A stretch of 64,000 bases of DNA from a virus (taxonomy: Duplodnaviria; Caudoviricetes). A program made the translations under genes and the position numbers. The stretch lies in IMG/VR virus record IMGVR_UViG_3300047557_002530; one strand, written 5' to 3'. Numbering within the stretch: the first letter of the stretch is position 1; every line of letters begins with the position of its first letter. Shown piece by piece: positions 47,756 to 57,436 of this stretch. The notes below the pieces were generated by a model, which worked only from the letters and a program-made list of their open reading frames with translations, had not been told where the DNA came from and searched no databases.

Positions 47756-48718
47756 ATGAAACTCAAAAACTTTATTGCTGTTGGTCTGATTGCTGCTCCT
47801 GTTGCTGCAGTTGCTGGACCTGCTCTGAATGGTGCAGGTGCCACCTTCCCAGCACCCATTTATCAACGATGGTTTCAAGACTATGCACGAACTACTGGGA
47901 ATAGGGTTAATTATCAGTCCGTTGGTTCTGGTGCTGGTGTTCGTCAATTCCTTGCGGGAACGGTTGACTTCGGAGCAAGTGACGAATCAATCTCCGCAGC
48001 AGATGCCGCCAAAGTAAAGCGTGGTGTCGTTCAAATTCCTATGGTGGGTGGAACGATTGCTGTTGCTTATAACAAACCTGGATGTTCTCTGAAACTCACT
48101 CAGAAGCAAACTGTTGATATTTTTGCTGGTCGCATCAAGGATTGGAAAGCACTTGGATGTGCTGCTGGTCCTATCACCACTGTGTACCGCTCTGATGGTT
48201 CTGGAACCACCTATGCATTCACTAACTCTCTTGATGCTTTTGGTGGATGGGGTCCAGGTGTAGGTAAGGCAGTTAAATGGCCTACTGGTGTTGGTGCAAA
48301 AGGAAATGAAGGTGTTTCTGGTCGCATCCGTCAAACCCCTGGTTCTATCGGTTATGTGAATACTGGATTTGTAAAAGCAAATCGTATTCAAGCAGCAGCA
48401 ATTCAAAACAAGGCAGGTAAGTTTGTTCTTCCCACTGCCGCAACTGGTGCCGCTGCTCTGAATAACATCAAACTGGACGCAAACCTTGCTGGGGAAAATC
48501 CAAATCCTGCTGGTGCAAATGCATATCCTATTTCTACTCTGACTTGGGTTCTTGCATATCGCACTGGTAATGGTGCTAAGACTGCCGATATTCGCGCTGC
48601 ATTGAACTATGCTCTGAGTTCTAAGGCACAATCTATTGCTGATGACTTGGGTTACGTTCCTCTTAGTGGTTCTATTTTGAATCGTTCAAGGATTGCTGTT
48701 GGTCGTATTAGTCAGTAA
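47756..48718 (+). CDS. pstS: Phosphate ABC transporter substrate-binding protein
   Basis: GAGATFPAP, YQSVGSGAG, DFGASD, RSDGSGTT, GNEGV. Confidence 0.96.
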   Translation: MKLKNFIAVGLIAAPVAAVAGPALNGAGATFPAPIYQRWFQDYARTTGNRVNYQSVGSGAGVRQFLAGTVDFGASDESISAADAAKVKRGVVQIPMVGGTIAVAYNKPGCSLKLTQKQTVDIFAGRIKDWKALGCAAGPITTVYRSDGSGTTYAFTNSLDAFGGWGPGVGKAVKWPTGVGAKGNEGVSGRIRQTPGSIGYVNTGFVKANRIQAAAIQNKAGKFVLPTAATGAAALNNIKLDANLAGENPNPAGANAYPISTLTWVLAYRTGNGAKTADIRAALNYALSSKAQSIADDLGYVPLSGSILNRSRIAVGRISQ

Positions 48719-48812
48719 TTCCTAACAAAAATAAGTATAAATGACTACTGGGGTGCTTGACACCCCTTTCTTTTTCCTATATAATTGTGTAACAATTCGT
48801 AATAAAACGAAA

Positions 48813-49022
48813 ATGACTGTAACTAAAAATGAGTTCGGGCAAATGAATATGTTTGCCAAAGAACCCGCGATGTATATGACCAAGGAAGACCTTGAGCGTT
48901 ATGGCATTGAACCCTATGCAGAAAAAGCGGAGAAAATGAATGGACGCACTGCCATGATTGGATTTGTGTGTGCTATTCTTTCTTATGCTCTTACTGGCAA
49001 ATTGTTCTTTGGTATTGTCTGA
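48813..49022 (+). CDS. hli: High-light inducible protein
   Basis: AEKMNGRTAMIGF chlorophyll-binding motif. Confidence 0.88.
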   Translation: MTVTKNEFGQMNMFAKEPAMYMTKEDLERYGIEPYAEKAEKMNGRTAMIGFVCAILSYALTGKLFFGIV

Positions 49023-49109
49023 TGGGATATTTTGCTCTTTCTTCTATCGTATTGTTCATTATTATTTCAGTAATATATTAATACCTATCATTATAAATAC
49101 AAATAGAAA

Positions 49110-49634
49110 ATGGTAGGTATAAAAATGAGAAATAAAACTTTTAATATTGGCGATAAAGTATGGATGCTGACTATTGTTGGGCATTCTTTATTAGAACAAA
49201 ATAATGGAAGAAAAAGAAATTACTATCAATGTAAATGTGATTGTGGAAGTGAAAAAATAGTTTACGTTGAATCTTACAAACTAAAAAGTGGGAGATTTAA
49301 ATCTTGTGGATGTAAAAGAGCATCCACTGGTGGCATATCTAACACTAAAAAGTATAGAATGTGGAAATCTGCACAAGAGCGTGCTATTAAAAAAGGATTA
49401 GAATTTTCTATACGAGTGGAAGATATTGAAATACCAAAAACTTGCCCTTTATTGAACATAACACTCATCGAAGGTGATAGAGAATGTACTCCTTCACTTG
49501 ATAGAATTGATAGTAAAAAAGGATATACTCCAGACAATGTGTGGGTTATATCTCATAGAGCAAATCAAATAAAAAATGATGCTACACTTGAAGAATTAAA
49601 ACTCATAACAGAAAACCTATCAAAAATAACTTGA
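49110..49634 (+). CDS. HNH homing endonuclease
   Basis: CDC...SCGC; SLDRIDSKKGY...NVWVISHRAN..KND; TATAAATA at 49092. Confidence 0.85.
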   Translation: MVGIKMRNKTFNIGDKVWMLTIVGHSLLEQNNGRKRNYYQCKCDCGSEKIVYVESYKLKSGRFKSCGCKRASTGGISNTKKYRMWKSAQERAIKKGLEFSIRVEDIEIPKTCPLLNITLIEGDRECTPSLDRIDSKKGYTPDNVWVISHRANQIKNDATLEELKLITENLSKIT

Positions 49635-49722
49635 CAATGACTTCACTCTTGTTTACAATGACATCCGTTGCCTTCTTCGTTCTGTTGGCAGCATCCGTTG
49701 AAAAACTTTGCGAGACTTACTA

Positions 49723-50016
49723 ATGGCTACTTTTAACGTCACTCTCCAATCTCCCGATGGCACTGAAACCACTATCGAATGTGCTGATGACCAGTACATC
49801 CTTGAAGCAGCAGAAGAGGCAGGTGTTGACCTCCCTTCATCGTGTAAAGCAGGCGCTTGCTCCGCTTGTGCAGGAAAACTCATCTCTGGTACAGTTGACA
49901 ATGAAGAACAGTCGTTCCTTGATGATGACCAACAAGCAGAAGGTTGGGTTCTCACTTGCGTTGCTTATCCCACAAGTGATTGTGTAATTCTCACCGAACA
50001 GGAAGAGAATCTGTGA
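49723..50016 (+). CDS. petF: Plant-type [2Fe-2S] ferredoxin
   Basis: [10 protein letters not shown]...LTC. Confidence 0.96.
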   Translation: MATFNVTLQSPDGTETTIECADDQYILEAAEEAGVDLPSSCKAGACSACAGKLISGTVDNEEQSFLDDDQQAEGWVLTCVAYPTSDCVILTEQEENL

Positions 50017-50324
50017 TTGGAAACCTTGAACCAGAAGAAACTGTTATGGGGACTGGTGGTATGTTAGGGCAGTTTGCAATTGCCCTTGAAAAACTTGGAT
50101 GGGATGCTAATGATGAAATCTCTGTAGAAATTGGAGGAGTAGCAGTAACAGGAACTGCTACTAGTCCAAATGCAAATCCAAAATGGGCAAAACCTTTTGG
50201 AACTGTATCCTACCAAAACGATGCTTTCATCGTAATTAAAAACAAGTCAAGGAACCCAGTTGTTCCTTCACAACCAAATCCTGAACTTAAACAAAAACAC
50301 CCTTATCAAGGAGAACAAAAATGA
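49980..50324 (+). CDS. Hypothetical protein
   Basis: Likely GTG start near 50013; [14 protein letters not shown]. Confidence 0.6.
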   Translation: MCNSHRTGRESVIGNLEPEETVMGTGGMLGQFAIALEKLGWDANDEISVEIGGVAVTGTATSPNANPKWAKPFGTVSYQNDAFIVIKNKSRNPVVPSQPNPELKQKHPYQGEQK

Positions 50325-50428
50325 ACGAACGCGCAGAACGTATTAATGGTTGGTTTGCAATGATCGGTATTGTTGCGGCAATTGGGTCTTATGCCTTTAC
50401 TGGGCAGATCATTCCCGGAATTTGGTGA
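50321..50428 (+). CDS. hli: High-light inducible protein (35 aa)
   Basis: [35 protein letters not shown]. Confidence 0.92.
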   Translation: MNERAERINGWFAMIGIVAAIGSYAFTGQIIPGIW

Positions 50429-50477
50429 ATTAATGTTTAATATTTTTAAAAAGAAAGAAAGTACTATGGAGGTTAAA

Positions 50478-51005
50478 ATGCGTAAAGAACAATATCAAGT
50501 TCCGCAAGTACAATTTGTATTTCGCGAGAATGGTGAATTTGTAACTCGTACTTCTTCAGAATTGTTTGATGAGAAGCGTGTGGTCCTGTTTAGTTTGCCT
50601 GGTGCTTTCACTCCTACTTGCAGTTCCTATCAGTTACCTGGATTCGAAGAGAAATATGACGACTTTCTTGGTCTCGGCATTGACGATATTTACTGCATCT
50701 CTGTTAATGATGGGTTTGTCATGAATGCCTGGGCTCAAGATCAGAACATCAAGAATGTAAAACTCATTCCAGACGGCAATGCATATTTTACACGTTCTAT
50801 GGGTATGCTCGTCAATAAGTCTAACCTTGGTTTCGGTGATCGCTCTTGGCGTTATGCTATGGTCGTGGATAACGGAGTCATCGAAAAACTATTCGTTGAG
50901 GCAGGTCAGCGAGACAATGCAGACACCGACCCTTACGAGACGACTACTCCAGAAGTGGTTTTTGATTATGTGAAATCTACAGTTCGAGAAACTGCAACTG
51001 TTTGA
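50478..51005 (+). CDS. Peroxiredoxin (Prx5/type II)
   Basis: LPGAFTPTCS, SVNDGFVM, RSWRY; GGAGG RBS. Confidence 0.92.
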   Translation: MRKEQYQVPQVQFVFRENGEFVTRTSSELFDEKRVVLFSLPGAFTPTCSSYQLPGFEEKYDDFLGLGIDDIYCISVNDGFVMNAWAQDQNIKNVKLIPDGNAYFTRSMGMLVNKSNLGFGDRSWRYAMVVDNGVIEKLFVEAGQRDNADTDPYETTTPEVVFDYVKSTVRETATV

Positions 51006-51069
51006 AGAATACTCAAAGCGTCCGAAAGGGCGCTTTTTTAATAAATAAAATATCGAATGAGTAGGAAAG

Positions 51070-51759
51070 ATGAGAGTAGATCTTCATAACTTTTTTCAAT
51101 ATTATGATCCAAAGAATCCTAAGCACGTTGCAGCAGTTGAGCAACTAGAAGTAGATCTTAAGGATTCTCCACTTCTTGACGATAGTTCTAATTGGGTCAA
51201 AATTTACAGGACAAAACCAACTGTTCCTGGTGTTCTATCTGTTCCTTTTTATCCACAGACAGATAATTACAGAGATGCGCAAAGAACTTGCAATTCATCT
51301 GCTTGTGCTATGTGCTTAGAGTATTTCAAACCAGGCACTCTCCAAGGAGCAAAGGGCGATGATGCCTACGTTCGAAAAGTTTTTGCGATTGGTGATTCAA
51401 CTGATCACACCGTCCAGACAAAAGTTTTGGAAGGTTATGGAATTAAGTCACGCTTTAGTTACAATTTATCTTTTTCTGATCTTGATCGTGAGTTATCTGC
51501 TGGGAGACCTGTCGTTATTGGTATCTTGCACCGCGGCTCTTTATCTAATCCTACTGGTGGGCACATGGTTGTAGTGATTGGTAAGAGAGGTGAGGATTAT
51601 GTTGTGAATGATCCCTATGGTTCTCTCAATGATGGTTACACTGGACCTGTAACAAATGGTAAGGGTGCAGTCTATAAGAAGTCTGATCTTACTTATCGTT
51701 GGTTAGAAAGAGGTAAAGATAAGACTGGTTGGGGTCGTATCTTTGACGCAAAAAAGTAG
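51070..51759 (+). CDS. Peptidase C39-like domain protein (putative peptidoglycan hydrolase)
   Basis: Q...RTCNSSAC, GGHMVVVIG, VNDPYG triad-like motifs. Confidence 0.75.
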   Translation: MRVDLHNFFQYYDPKNPKHVAAVEQLEVDLKDSPLLDDSSNWVKIYRTKPTVPGVLSVPFYPQTDNYRDAQRTCNSSACAMCLEYFKPGTLQGAKGDDAYVRKVFAIGDSTDHTVQTKVLEGYGIKSRFSYNLSFSDLDRELSAGRPVVIGILHRGSLSNPTGGHMVVVIGKRGEDYVVNDPYGSLNDGYTGPVTNGKGAVYKKSDLTYRWLERGKDKTGWGRIFDAKK

Positions 51760-51806
51760 AAACGCCAACTAACATTAATAATGCCAATGAAGTGCCGTTG
51801 GTTGGC
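51750..51806 (+). promoter_or_regulatory. Putative -1 programmed ribosomal frameshift signal
   Basis: A_AAA_AAG at 51750-51756, 7-nt spacer, 10-bp stem 51764-51773/51797-51806; -1 frame open into the lysozyme. Confidence 0.7.
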
Positions 51807-52250
51807 ATTAATTTAATTAAAGAGTTTGAAGGATGTCATTTGAATGCTTATCCAGATCCTTTAACAAAAGGACCACCTATTACAATAGGTTGGGGAAGCA
51901 CTAAAGACTTTGACGGAACACCATTTAAAATAGGTAGAGTGATTACTCAAAAGTATGCAGACACTCTACTTGAGTTTGATTTAAAGAATAGATTTTTACC
52001 AGCACTTCAAAGAATACCTTATTGGAGCGAAATGAATGAAAATCAACAAGGCACAATTCTTAGCTTTGCTTATAATCTTGGTGCTAATTTTTATGGAAGC
52101 TCTAATTTTAATACGATAACTAGAGTTCTTAAAAACAAAGAATGGACTAAAGTACCTGATGCCTTATATCTTTATCATAACCCAGGAACAAGTGTAGAAG
52201 CAGGATTGAAGAGGAGGAGAGTTGCAGAAGGTAAACTTTGGAGTTCTTAA
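51792..52250 (+). CDS. GH24 lysozyme domain (probably a frameshift extension of the upstream ORF)
   Basis: IKEFEGCHLNAYPDP...TIGWGST...SFAYNLG...GLKRRRVAE; frame open from 51747; no clear RBS. Confidence 0.88.
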   Translation: MPLVGINLIKEFEGCHLNAYPDPLTKGPPITIGWGSTKDFDGTPFKIGRVITQKYADTLLEFDLKNRFLPALQRIPYWSEMNENQQGTILSFAYNLGANFYGSSNFNTITRVLKNKEWTKVPDALYLYHNPGTSVEAGLKRRRVAEGKLWSS

Positions 52251-52492
52251 TCGTCCATCTTTGCTTTTAATCCAAGCAATGCCGTAAACAAAGTAAACAA
52301 AGCATCATATCCTCTTCTTTCAGATTCTTTGCAATCTAAGGGAGGGGAATTTTTTAATCCACCTAGTGCATCTGCTCTTTCCATAGAACCTGGAACCATA
52401 AAGTTACAGTTGGCAAAAGTAACACCAACGTATCCAAGTGTTCCTACTACAATAACGACGATTAACTTATCAATTAGTTTTAAGTTTTTCAT
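52247..52492 (-). CDS. Small membrane protein
   Basis: N-terminal TM helix; CNF...DC; C-terminal hydrophobic segment. Confidence 0.55.
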   Translation of the reverse strand: MKNLKLIDKLIVVIVVGTLGYVGVTFANCNFMVPGSMERADALGGLKNSPPLDCKESERRGYDALFTLFTALLGLKAKMDD

Positions 52493-52680
52493 CTTCCTTC
52501 TTGTTTATGAATCCAAGTTTTCAATTCGTGCAAATATTGCCTAAGTTCATCTGCTTTACGAAGATGCCACGAATCACCACTCTTGAAATACTCTTGAGTG
52601 TGATTATCAATTGCTTTTAGAATATTATGTATTGGTGCGTTCCATCGCTCACGCTTCGGAGTATTCCATTCGCGTGGCAT
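52489..52680 (-). CDS. Hypothetical protein
   Basis: MPREWNTPKRERWNAPIH; GAGG RBS. Confidence 0.6.
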   Translation of the reverse strand: MPREWNTPKRERWNAPIHNILKAIDNHTQEYFKSGDSWHLRKADELRQYLHELKTWIHKQEGR

Positions 52681-52686
52681 AATTCC

Positions 52687-52800
52687 TCACTTCTTCTTGC
52701 CACCATTCTTTGCTTTTTTCGCAGTCGCATTACCTTGATTTTGTTTGGATTGCTTGCCCCCAGCAGAACCCTTCTTACCTTTGTTTGCAGACTTTGACAC
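52687..52800 (-). CDS. Small Lys/Gly-rich basic protein
   Basis: GTG start; MSKSANKGKKGSAGGKQSKQNQGNATAKKAKNGGKKK. Confidence 0.55.
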   Translation of the reverse strand: MSKSANKGKKGSAGGKQSKQNQGNATAKKAKNGGKKK

Positions 52801-52961
52801 TGCACCGCCCCATATGATACAATGATATTTAGGAAAAACTGTTCCTATTTATACTGTGCCACCTAGGCAATTCGACCTATTGACACCGCTTTCTGGTCGT
52901 GCTATCATAAATAGGTAAACAAATGTTACGAAACGCTAACGATTCTTAACATTGTTAAACA

Positions 52962-53035
52962 CCCGCTAACCGAGACCTATGGGTGTATAAAAACGTCTCT
53001 CATACCCACAGTGGAGGGTGCTGTGGGGAATAATC
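52962..53035 (+). ncRNA. PhotoRC-II-type psbA leader RNA
   Basis: CCGAGACC...GTCTCTCATACCCACAG TGGAGGGTG CTGTGGG directly upstream of psbA. Confidence 0.65.
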
Positions 53036-53080
53036 GTATCAGTTCGTCCCCCCGAACTTTTAACTAACTCTCTTAAACAA

Positions 53081-54160
53081 ATGACTGCTACAATTTCACG
53101 TCAACAACAATCGAATACTTGGGAACAATTCTGCAACTGGGTTACTAGCACTGATAACCGTCTCTATGTAGGTTGGTTCGGAGTCCTGATGATTCCAACA
53201 TTGCTCGCCGCAACAATCTGCTTCATCATCGCATTTGTCGGTGCTCCCCCTGTAGACATTGATGGAATCCGTGAACCAGTCGCTGGTTCTCTAATGTATG
53301 GAAACAACATCATCTCTGGTGCTGTTATTCCTTCGTCCAACGCGATTGGACTGCACTTCTACCCCATCTGGGAAGCTGCTTCACTTGATGAGTGGCTTTA
53401 CAACGGCGGACCTTTCCAACTGGTAGTGTTCCACTTCCTCATCGGCATCTATGCTTATATGGGTCGTGAATGGGAACTCTCATACCGCCTAGGTATGCGT
53501 CCTTGGATCTGTGTTGCTTACTCTGCACCTGTTGCTGCTGCCAGCGCAGTGTTCCTAGTCTATCCTTTCGGTCAAGGTTCTTTCTCTGATGCAATGCCTC
53601 TGGGTATCTCTGGTACCTTCAACTACATGCTTGTTTTCCAGGCAGAACATAACATCCTGATGCACCCCTTCCACATGCTTGGAGTTGCTGGTGTCTTCGG
53701 TGGTTCACTGTTCTCTGCAATGCACGGTTCTCTAGTTACTTCCTCACTGGTTCGTGAAACCACCGAGCAAGAGTCGCAGAACTATGGTTACAAGTTCGGT
53801 CAAGAAGAAGAGACTTATAACATCGTTGCAGCACACGGTTATTTCGGTCGCCTGATCTTCCAATATGCTTCCTTCAATAACTCTCGTTCGCTACACTTCT
53901 TCCTTGCTGCTTGGCCTGTTGTCGGTATCTGGTTCACTGCTCTTGGTGTTAGCACCATGGCCTTTAACTTAAATGGCTTTAATTTCAACCAGTCTCTGCT
54001 TGATAGTCAGGGTCGTGTAGTTAACACCTGGGCTGATGTTCTTAACCGTGCTGGACTGGGAATGGAAGTGATGCACGAGAGAAATGCACATAACTTTCCT
54101 TTGGACCTGGCTGCTGCCGAAGCAACTCCTGTTGCTCTAACTGCACCTTCTATCGGTTGA
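53081..54160 (+). CDS. psbA: Photosystem II D1 protein (no intron)
   Basis: [13 protein letters not shown]...[14 protein letters not shown]. Confidence 0.99.
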   Translation: MTATISRQQQSNTWEQFCNWVTSTDNRLYVGWFGVLMIPTLLAATICFIIAFVGAPPVDIDGIREPVAGSLMYGNNIISGAVIPSSNAIGLHFYPIWEAASLDEWLYNGGPFQLVVFHFLIGIYAYMGREWELSYRLGMRPWICVAYSAPVAAASAVFLVYPFGQGSFSDAMPLGISGTFNYMLVFQAEHNILMHPFHMLGVAGVFGGSLFSAMHGSLVTSSLVRETTEQESQNYGYKFGQEEETYNIVAAHGYFGRLIFQYASFNNSRSLHFFLAAWPVVGIWFTALGVSTMAFNLNGFNFNQSLLDSQGRVVNTWADVLNRAGLGMEVMHERNAHNFPLDLAAAEATPVALTAPSIG

Positions 54161-54254
54161 GTTTCGTAAAAACTGAATAATCTAAAAGGAGGGACTTGCA
54201 AAAGTCCCTTTTTTGCTATATAATAATTGAAGTTAAGAAATCAAAGATTGAATT

Positions 54255-54683
54255 ATGAAAACTTGCAACATTTGTGGAGAAACGAAATCACTTGATGAGT
54301 ATTATATCAATAATTTTGGATACCCTCACGGTAAATGTAAAAAGTGCTATGTTAAAAAACAGCAAGAAAAATATGACCCAATGAAAAAAAGAAACGAAAA
54401 CTTAAAAAGATGTTATGGAATAACACTCCAAGAATATAATGAAATGTTAGATAATCAAAATGGTAAATGTGCCACTTGTGGAACTACTGAACCAGGAGGT
54501 AGAAAATCTGGTAGGGGCGGTGGTGCTGATGTATTTGTAGTAGATCACTGCCACGATACTGGTAAAGTTAGAGGTCTTCTTTGTCATAGTTGTAATAGGG
54601 CTATGGGACTATTAGGAGATAATGTAAGCGTTATTGAAAGTATGATTAAATACCTTGAGCAGCACGAAATTAATGTCTCATAA
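54255..54683 (+). CDS. Endonuclease VII-family homing endonuclease (F-CphI-like position)
   Basis: CNIC, CKKC, CATC, VDHCHDTGKVRGLLCHSCN; directly downstream of psbA. Confidence 0.85.
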   Translation: MKTCNICGETKSLDEYYINNFGYPHGKCKKCYVKKQQEKYDPMKKRNENLKRCYGITLQEYNEMLDNQNGKCATCGTTEPGGRKSGRGGGADVFVVDHCHDTGKVRGLLCHSCNRAMGLLGDNVSVIESMIKYLEQHEINVS

Positions 54684-54795
54684 TACTCAACACGAACCTA
54701 TGCCTAACTGGGTAATCTGGGTAGGCGTAGGTATGATGGTATTTACGGTTCTTGTTTTTGTCTTATTCACTCTTGGGCAAATTTACTGGGGATAA
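54673..54795 (+). CDS. Small membrane protein
   Basis: MSHNTQHEPMPNWVIWVGVGMMVFTVLVFVLFTLGQIYWG. Confidence 0.55.
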   Translation: MSHNTQHEPMPNWVIWVGVGMMVFTVLVFVLFTLGQIYWG

Positions 54796-54808
54796 GTGCT
54801 AATACTCA

Positions 54809-54837
54809 TTGACTCTTATTATGAAGTATTGTAAACT
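54809..54837 (+). promoter_or_regulatory. Sigma70-type promoter in front of the psbD remnant
   Basis: TTGACT-N17-TAAACT. Confidence 0.6.
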
Positions 54838-54863
54838 AAATATGAGAAATCACATAGGAGGCT

Positions 54864-55010
54864 ATGACTTCTTCAACACTTTCACAACCAATTCAACAAA
54901 GGGGGTGGTTTGATGTCCTGGATGACTGGCTTAAACGAGATCGCTTTGTATTTGTGGGTTGGTCTGGACTATTACTTTTTCCCACTGCTTATTTGGCCCT
55001 TGACTGGTAG
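54864..55010 (+). pseudogene. psbD: Truncated 5' remnant of psbD (48 codons)
   Basis: [48 protein letters not shown]-stop; same GGAGGCTATGACTTCTTC start as the intact copy. Confidence 0.92.
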
Positions 55011-55122
55011 GACTGCTGAATGACTTTTCTGGGATTGTATCTAATCTTTATTGGTGTGAAGGGATTGTTTAGAGATTTACAGAGATACAGAGAACAAACT
55101 GATAATAGGTAAAAATATAAAA

Positions 55123-55180
55123 GACACTTTCTAAACTGGAACAGGGGCACTTCGCAGGTGCCCTTTTTGATGGTATAATA
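55123..55180 (+). promoter_or_regulatory. Cyanomyovirus early-type promoter
   Basis: CACTTTCTAAACTGG upstream element, GGGCAC/GTGCCC hairpin, TATAAT. Confidence 0.5.
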
Positions 55181-55203
55181 CTCTCATATACAAAGAGTTT
55201 CAA

Positions 55204-55599
55204 ATGCTAAAAACTAAAACTGTAAAGATAGTAAGTGTGAGTGATTGGGATGACTTTGTAATCCTTATCTATGGAAAGCATTACAGTTTTCAACAACAAG
55301 ATGGGTGTAAATCAAGAGGAACTGCTTATTTTACTGTTCCAAATCAATATGATGCGGAAGAGTTTGATAGTGAGGCAACTACAATCCCATTTGAAGTTAA
55401 TGGTGAAGAAATGGGTGTGAGTTTTGAAACTTGGTTGAATACAAATTTGGAGGATACTGCTTCACACTTTGAATCTGATTGGGAGAATAAGTTGTTCTGG
55501 GAAAGGAATTTTTATCCAGATGTAAACACAATTGTTTGGGACTTATACAAACGAGGATTGCTTGAAGAAGGTGAATATATGATTGATATTGATTGGTGA
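55204..55599 (+). CDS. Hypothetical acidic protein
   Basis: Intact ORF behind the early-type promoter. Confidence 0.65.
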   Translation: MLKTKTVKIVSVSDWDDFVILIYGKHYSFQQQDGCKSRGTAYFTVPNQYDAEEFDSEATTIPFEVNGEEMGVSFETWLNTNLEDTASHFESDWENKLFWERNFYPDVNTIVWDLYKRGLLEEGEYMIDIDW

Positions 55600-55660
55600 C
55601 TAAAAAGTAAAAATATTCATTTGTATAAATAATAATGTAGTTAACACAGTAGTAGTAAGA

Positions 55661-56242
55661 ATGAAACATAAGCACCATATTATTCCAAGACATATGGGTG
55701 GTAGTGATGACCCATCAAATCTTATTGAACTGACTGTGGAAGAACACGCAGAGGCACACAGAAAGTTGTGGGAGCAATATGGTAATATCAAAGATTATTG
55801 TGCTTGGAAAGGTTTAGAAGGAACTATTGGTAAAGAAGAGATTGTAAGGTTGCTGATGGACCCAACTGGAAGAGTTCATACAGAAGAAACCAAGAAGAAA
55901 ATGAGTGAGGCACATAAAGGCAAACCAAAGCATACACCTGAAAGTAAAGAAAAAATAAGTGAAGCAAGAAAAGGAAAGCCTTTGAGTGAGGAGCATAAAA
56001 GAAAAATAGGTGAGGCAGGTTTAGGTAATAAAAGATGTCTTGGAAATAAACTAACAGAAGAGCACAAAGAAAAACTTTCTAAAAGTATGAAAGGAAATAA
56101 AAATGCTTGTGGTCCTCAAAAAGTTAGTGAAGAAGCAAAGAAAAATAGAAGTGAAGCAACCAAAGAAAGATGGAGAAAATATAGAGAACAAAAAGGATTT
56201 GACCCTAACAAACCTATTGATGGTAGATACTCTAAAATATAG
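55661..56242 (+). CDS. HNH homing endonuclease with NUMOD3 repeats
   Basis: [29 protein letters not shown]; repeated HT/LS-EE-KKKMS; TATAAATA at 55624. Confidence 0.85.
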   Translation: MKHKHHIIPRHMGGSDDPSNLIELTVEEHAEAHRKLWEQYGNIKDYCAWKGLEGTIGKEEIVRLLMDPTGRVHTEETKKKMSEAHKGKPKHTPESKEKISEARKGKPLSEEHKRKIGEAGLGNKRCLGNKLTEEHKEKLSKSMKGNKNACGPQKVSEEAKKNRSEATKERWRKYREQKGFDPNKPIDGRYSKI

Positions 56243-56342
56243 TGCCCGCAAGGGCACCTGCCGAAGGCAGTAAGTATAAATACACTTCCCTTTTTATCCA
56301 GTTTCCATTACAATAAATATGTAAAGTAATGTAAAGGAGGCT

Positions 56343-57407
56343 ATGACTTCTTCTGTTTTACAGACACCCTCCCAATCACAGCGTGGATGGTTTGATGTCC
56401 TTGATGATTGGTTGAAAAGGGACAGATTTGTGTTCGTAGGTTGGTCTGGCCTACTTTTATTTCCAACAGCATACCTCGCACTTGGTGGGTGGCTTACTGG
56501 TATTACATTTATCACTAGTTGGTATACACACGGTATTGCTTCAAGTTTTTTAGAAGGTTGTAATTTCTTAACAGCTGCGTTGAGTACCCCAGCAGATGCT
56601 CTCGGACATTCCCTTCTACTTCTCTGGGGTCCTGAGTCTCAAGGGGATTTCATCAGGTGGTGCCAACTTGGGGGACTCTGGACTTTTGTGGCGCTCCACG
56701 GATCTTTCTCTCTGATTGGATTCATGCTTCGTCAGTTTGAGATTGCTCGTCTTGTAGGCATTCGTCCTTATAATGCTATTGCATTCTCTGGACCCATTGC
56801 GGTCTTTGTGAGTGTCTTCCTGATGTATCCTCTGGGTCAATCCAGTTGGTTCTTTGCACCATCGTTTGGTGTTGCTGCTATCTTCAGGTTCCTTCTGTTC
56901 CTTCAGGGTTTCCACAACTGGACCCTCAACCCCTTCCATATGATGGGAGTTGCTGGTATACTGGGTGGAGCACTGCTCTGTGCTATTCACGGAGCAACCG
57001 TAGAAAACACACTATTTGAAGATGGTGACCAAGCAAATACCTTCAAAGCATTTGAACCGACACAGGAAGAAGAGACCTACTCTATGGTTACTGCTAACAG
57101 ATTCTGGTCTCAAATCTTCGGTATTGCGTTTAGTAATAAGCGTTGGCTTCACTTTTTTATGCTATTTGTTCCTGTTATGGGTTTGTGGACTTCCAGCATC
57201 GGTATCATTGGTCTTGCCCTTAATCTTCGTGCTTATGATTTTGTAAGTCAGGAGATTCGTGCTGCAGAAGATCCGGAATTTGAGACCTTCGTAACAAAGA
57301 ACATATTATTGAATGAGGGAATTCGTGCTTGGATGGCACCTGTAGACCAACCTGGAGCAAACTTTGTATTTCCAGAGGAAGTTTTGCCTCGTGGAAATGC
57401 TTTATGA
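56343..57407 (+). CDS. psbD: Photosystem II D2 protein
   Basis: [14 protein letters not shown]...[13 protein letters not shown]...[10 protein letters not shown]. Confidence 0.98.
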   Translation: MTSSVLQTPSQSQRGWFDVLDDWLKRDRFVFVGWSGLLLFPTAYLALGGWLTGITFITSWYTHGIASSFLEGCNFLTAALSTPADALGHSLLLLWGPESQGDFIRWCQLGGLWTFVALHGSFSLIGFMLRQFEIARLVGIRPYNAIAFSGPIAVFVSVFLMYPLGQSSWFFAPSFGVAAIFRFLLFLQGFHNWTLNPFHMMGVAGILGGALLCAIHGATVENTLFEDGDQANTFKAFEPTQEEETYSMVTANRFWSQIFGIAFSNKRWLHFFMLFVPVMGLWTSSIGIIGLALNLRAYDFVSQEIRAAEDPEFETFVTKNILLNEGIRAWMAPVDQPGANFVFPEEVLPRGNAL

Positions 57408-57436
57408 TATAAATAATTCTATCGTGCGGTAGAATT

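Noticed and set aside
47987-48631. 214-aa minus-strand ORF
   Set aside because: Antisense shadow of pstS; Thr/Ser/Cys-rich with no motif or RBS
51781-51810. ATG 51781 as the lysozyme start
   Set aside because: Wrong reading frame for the lysozyme
53081-54160. Group I intron in psbA
   Set aside because: The ORF is continuous and full length
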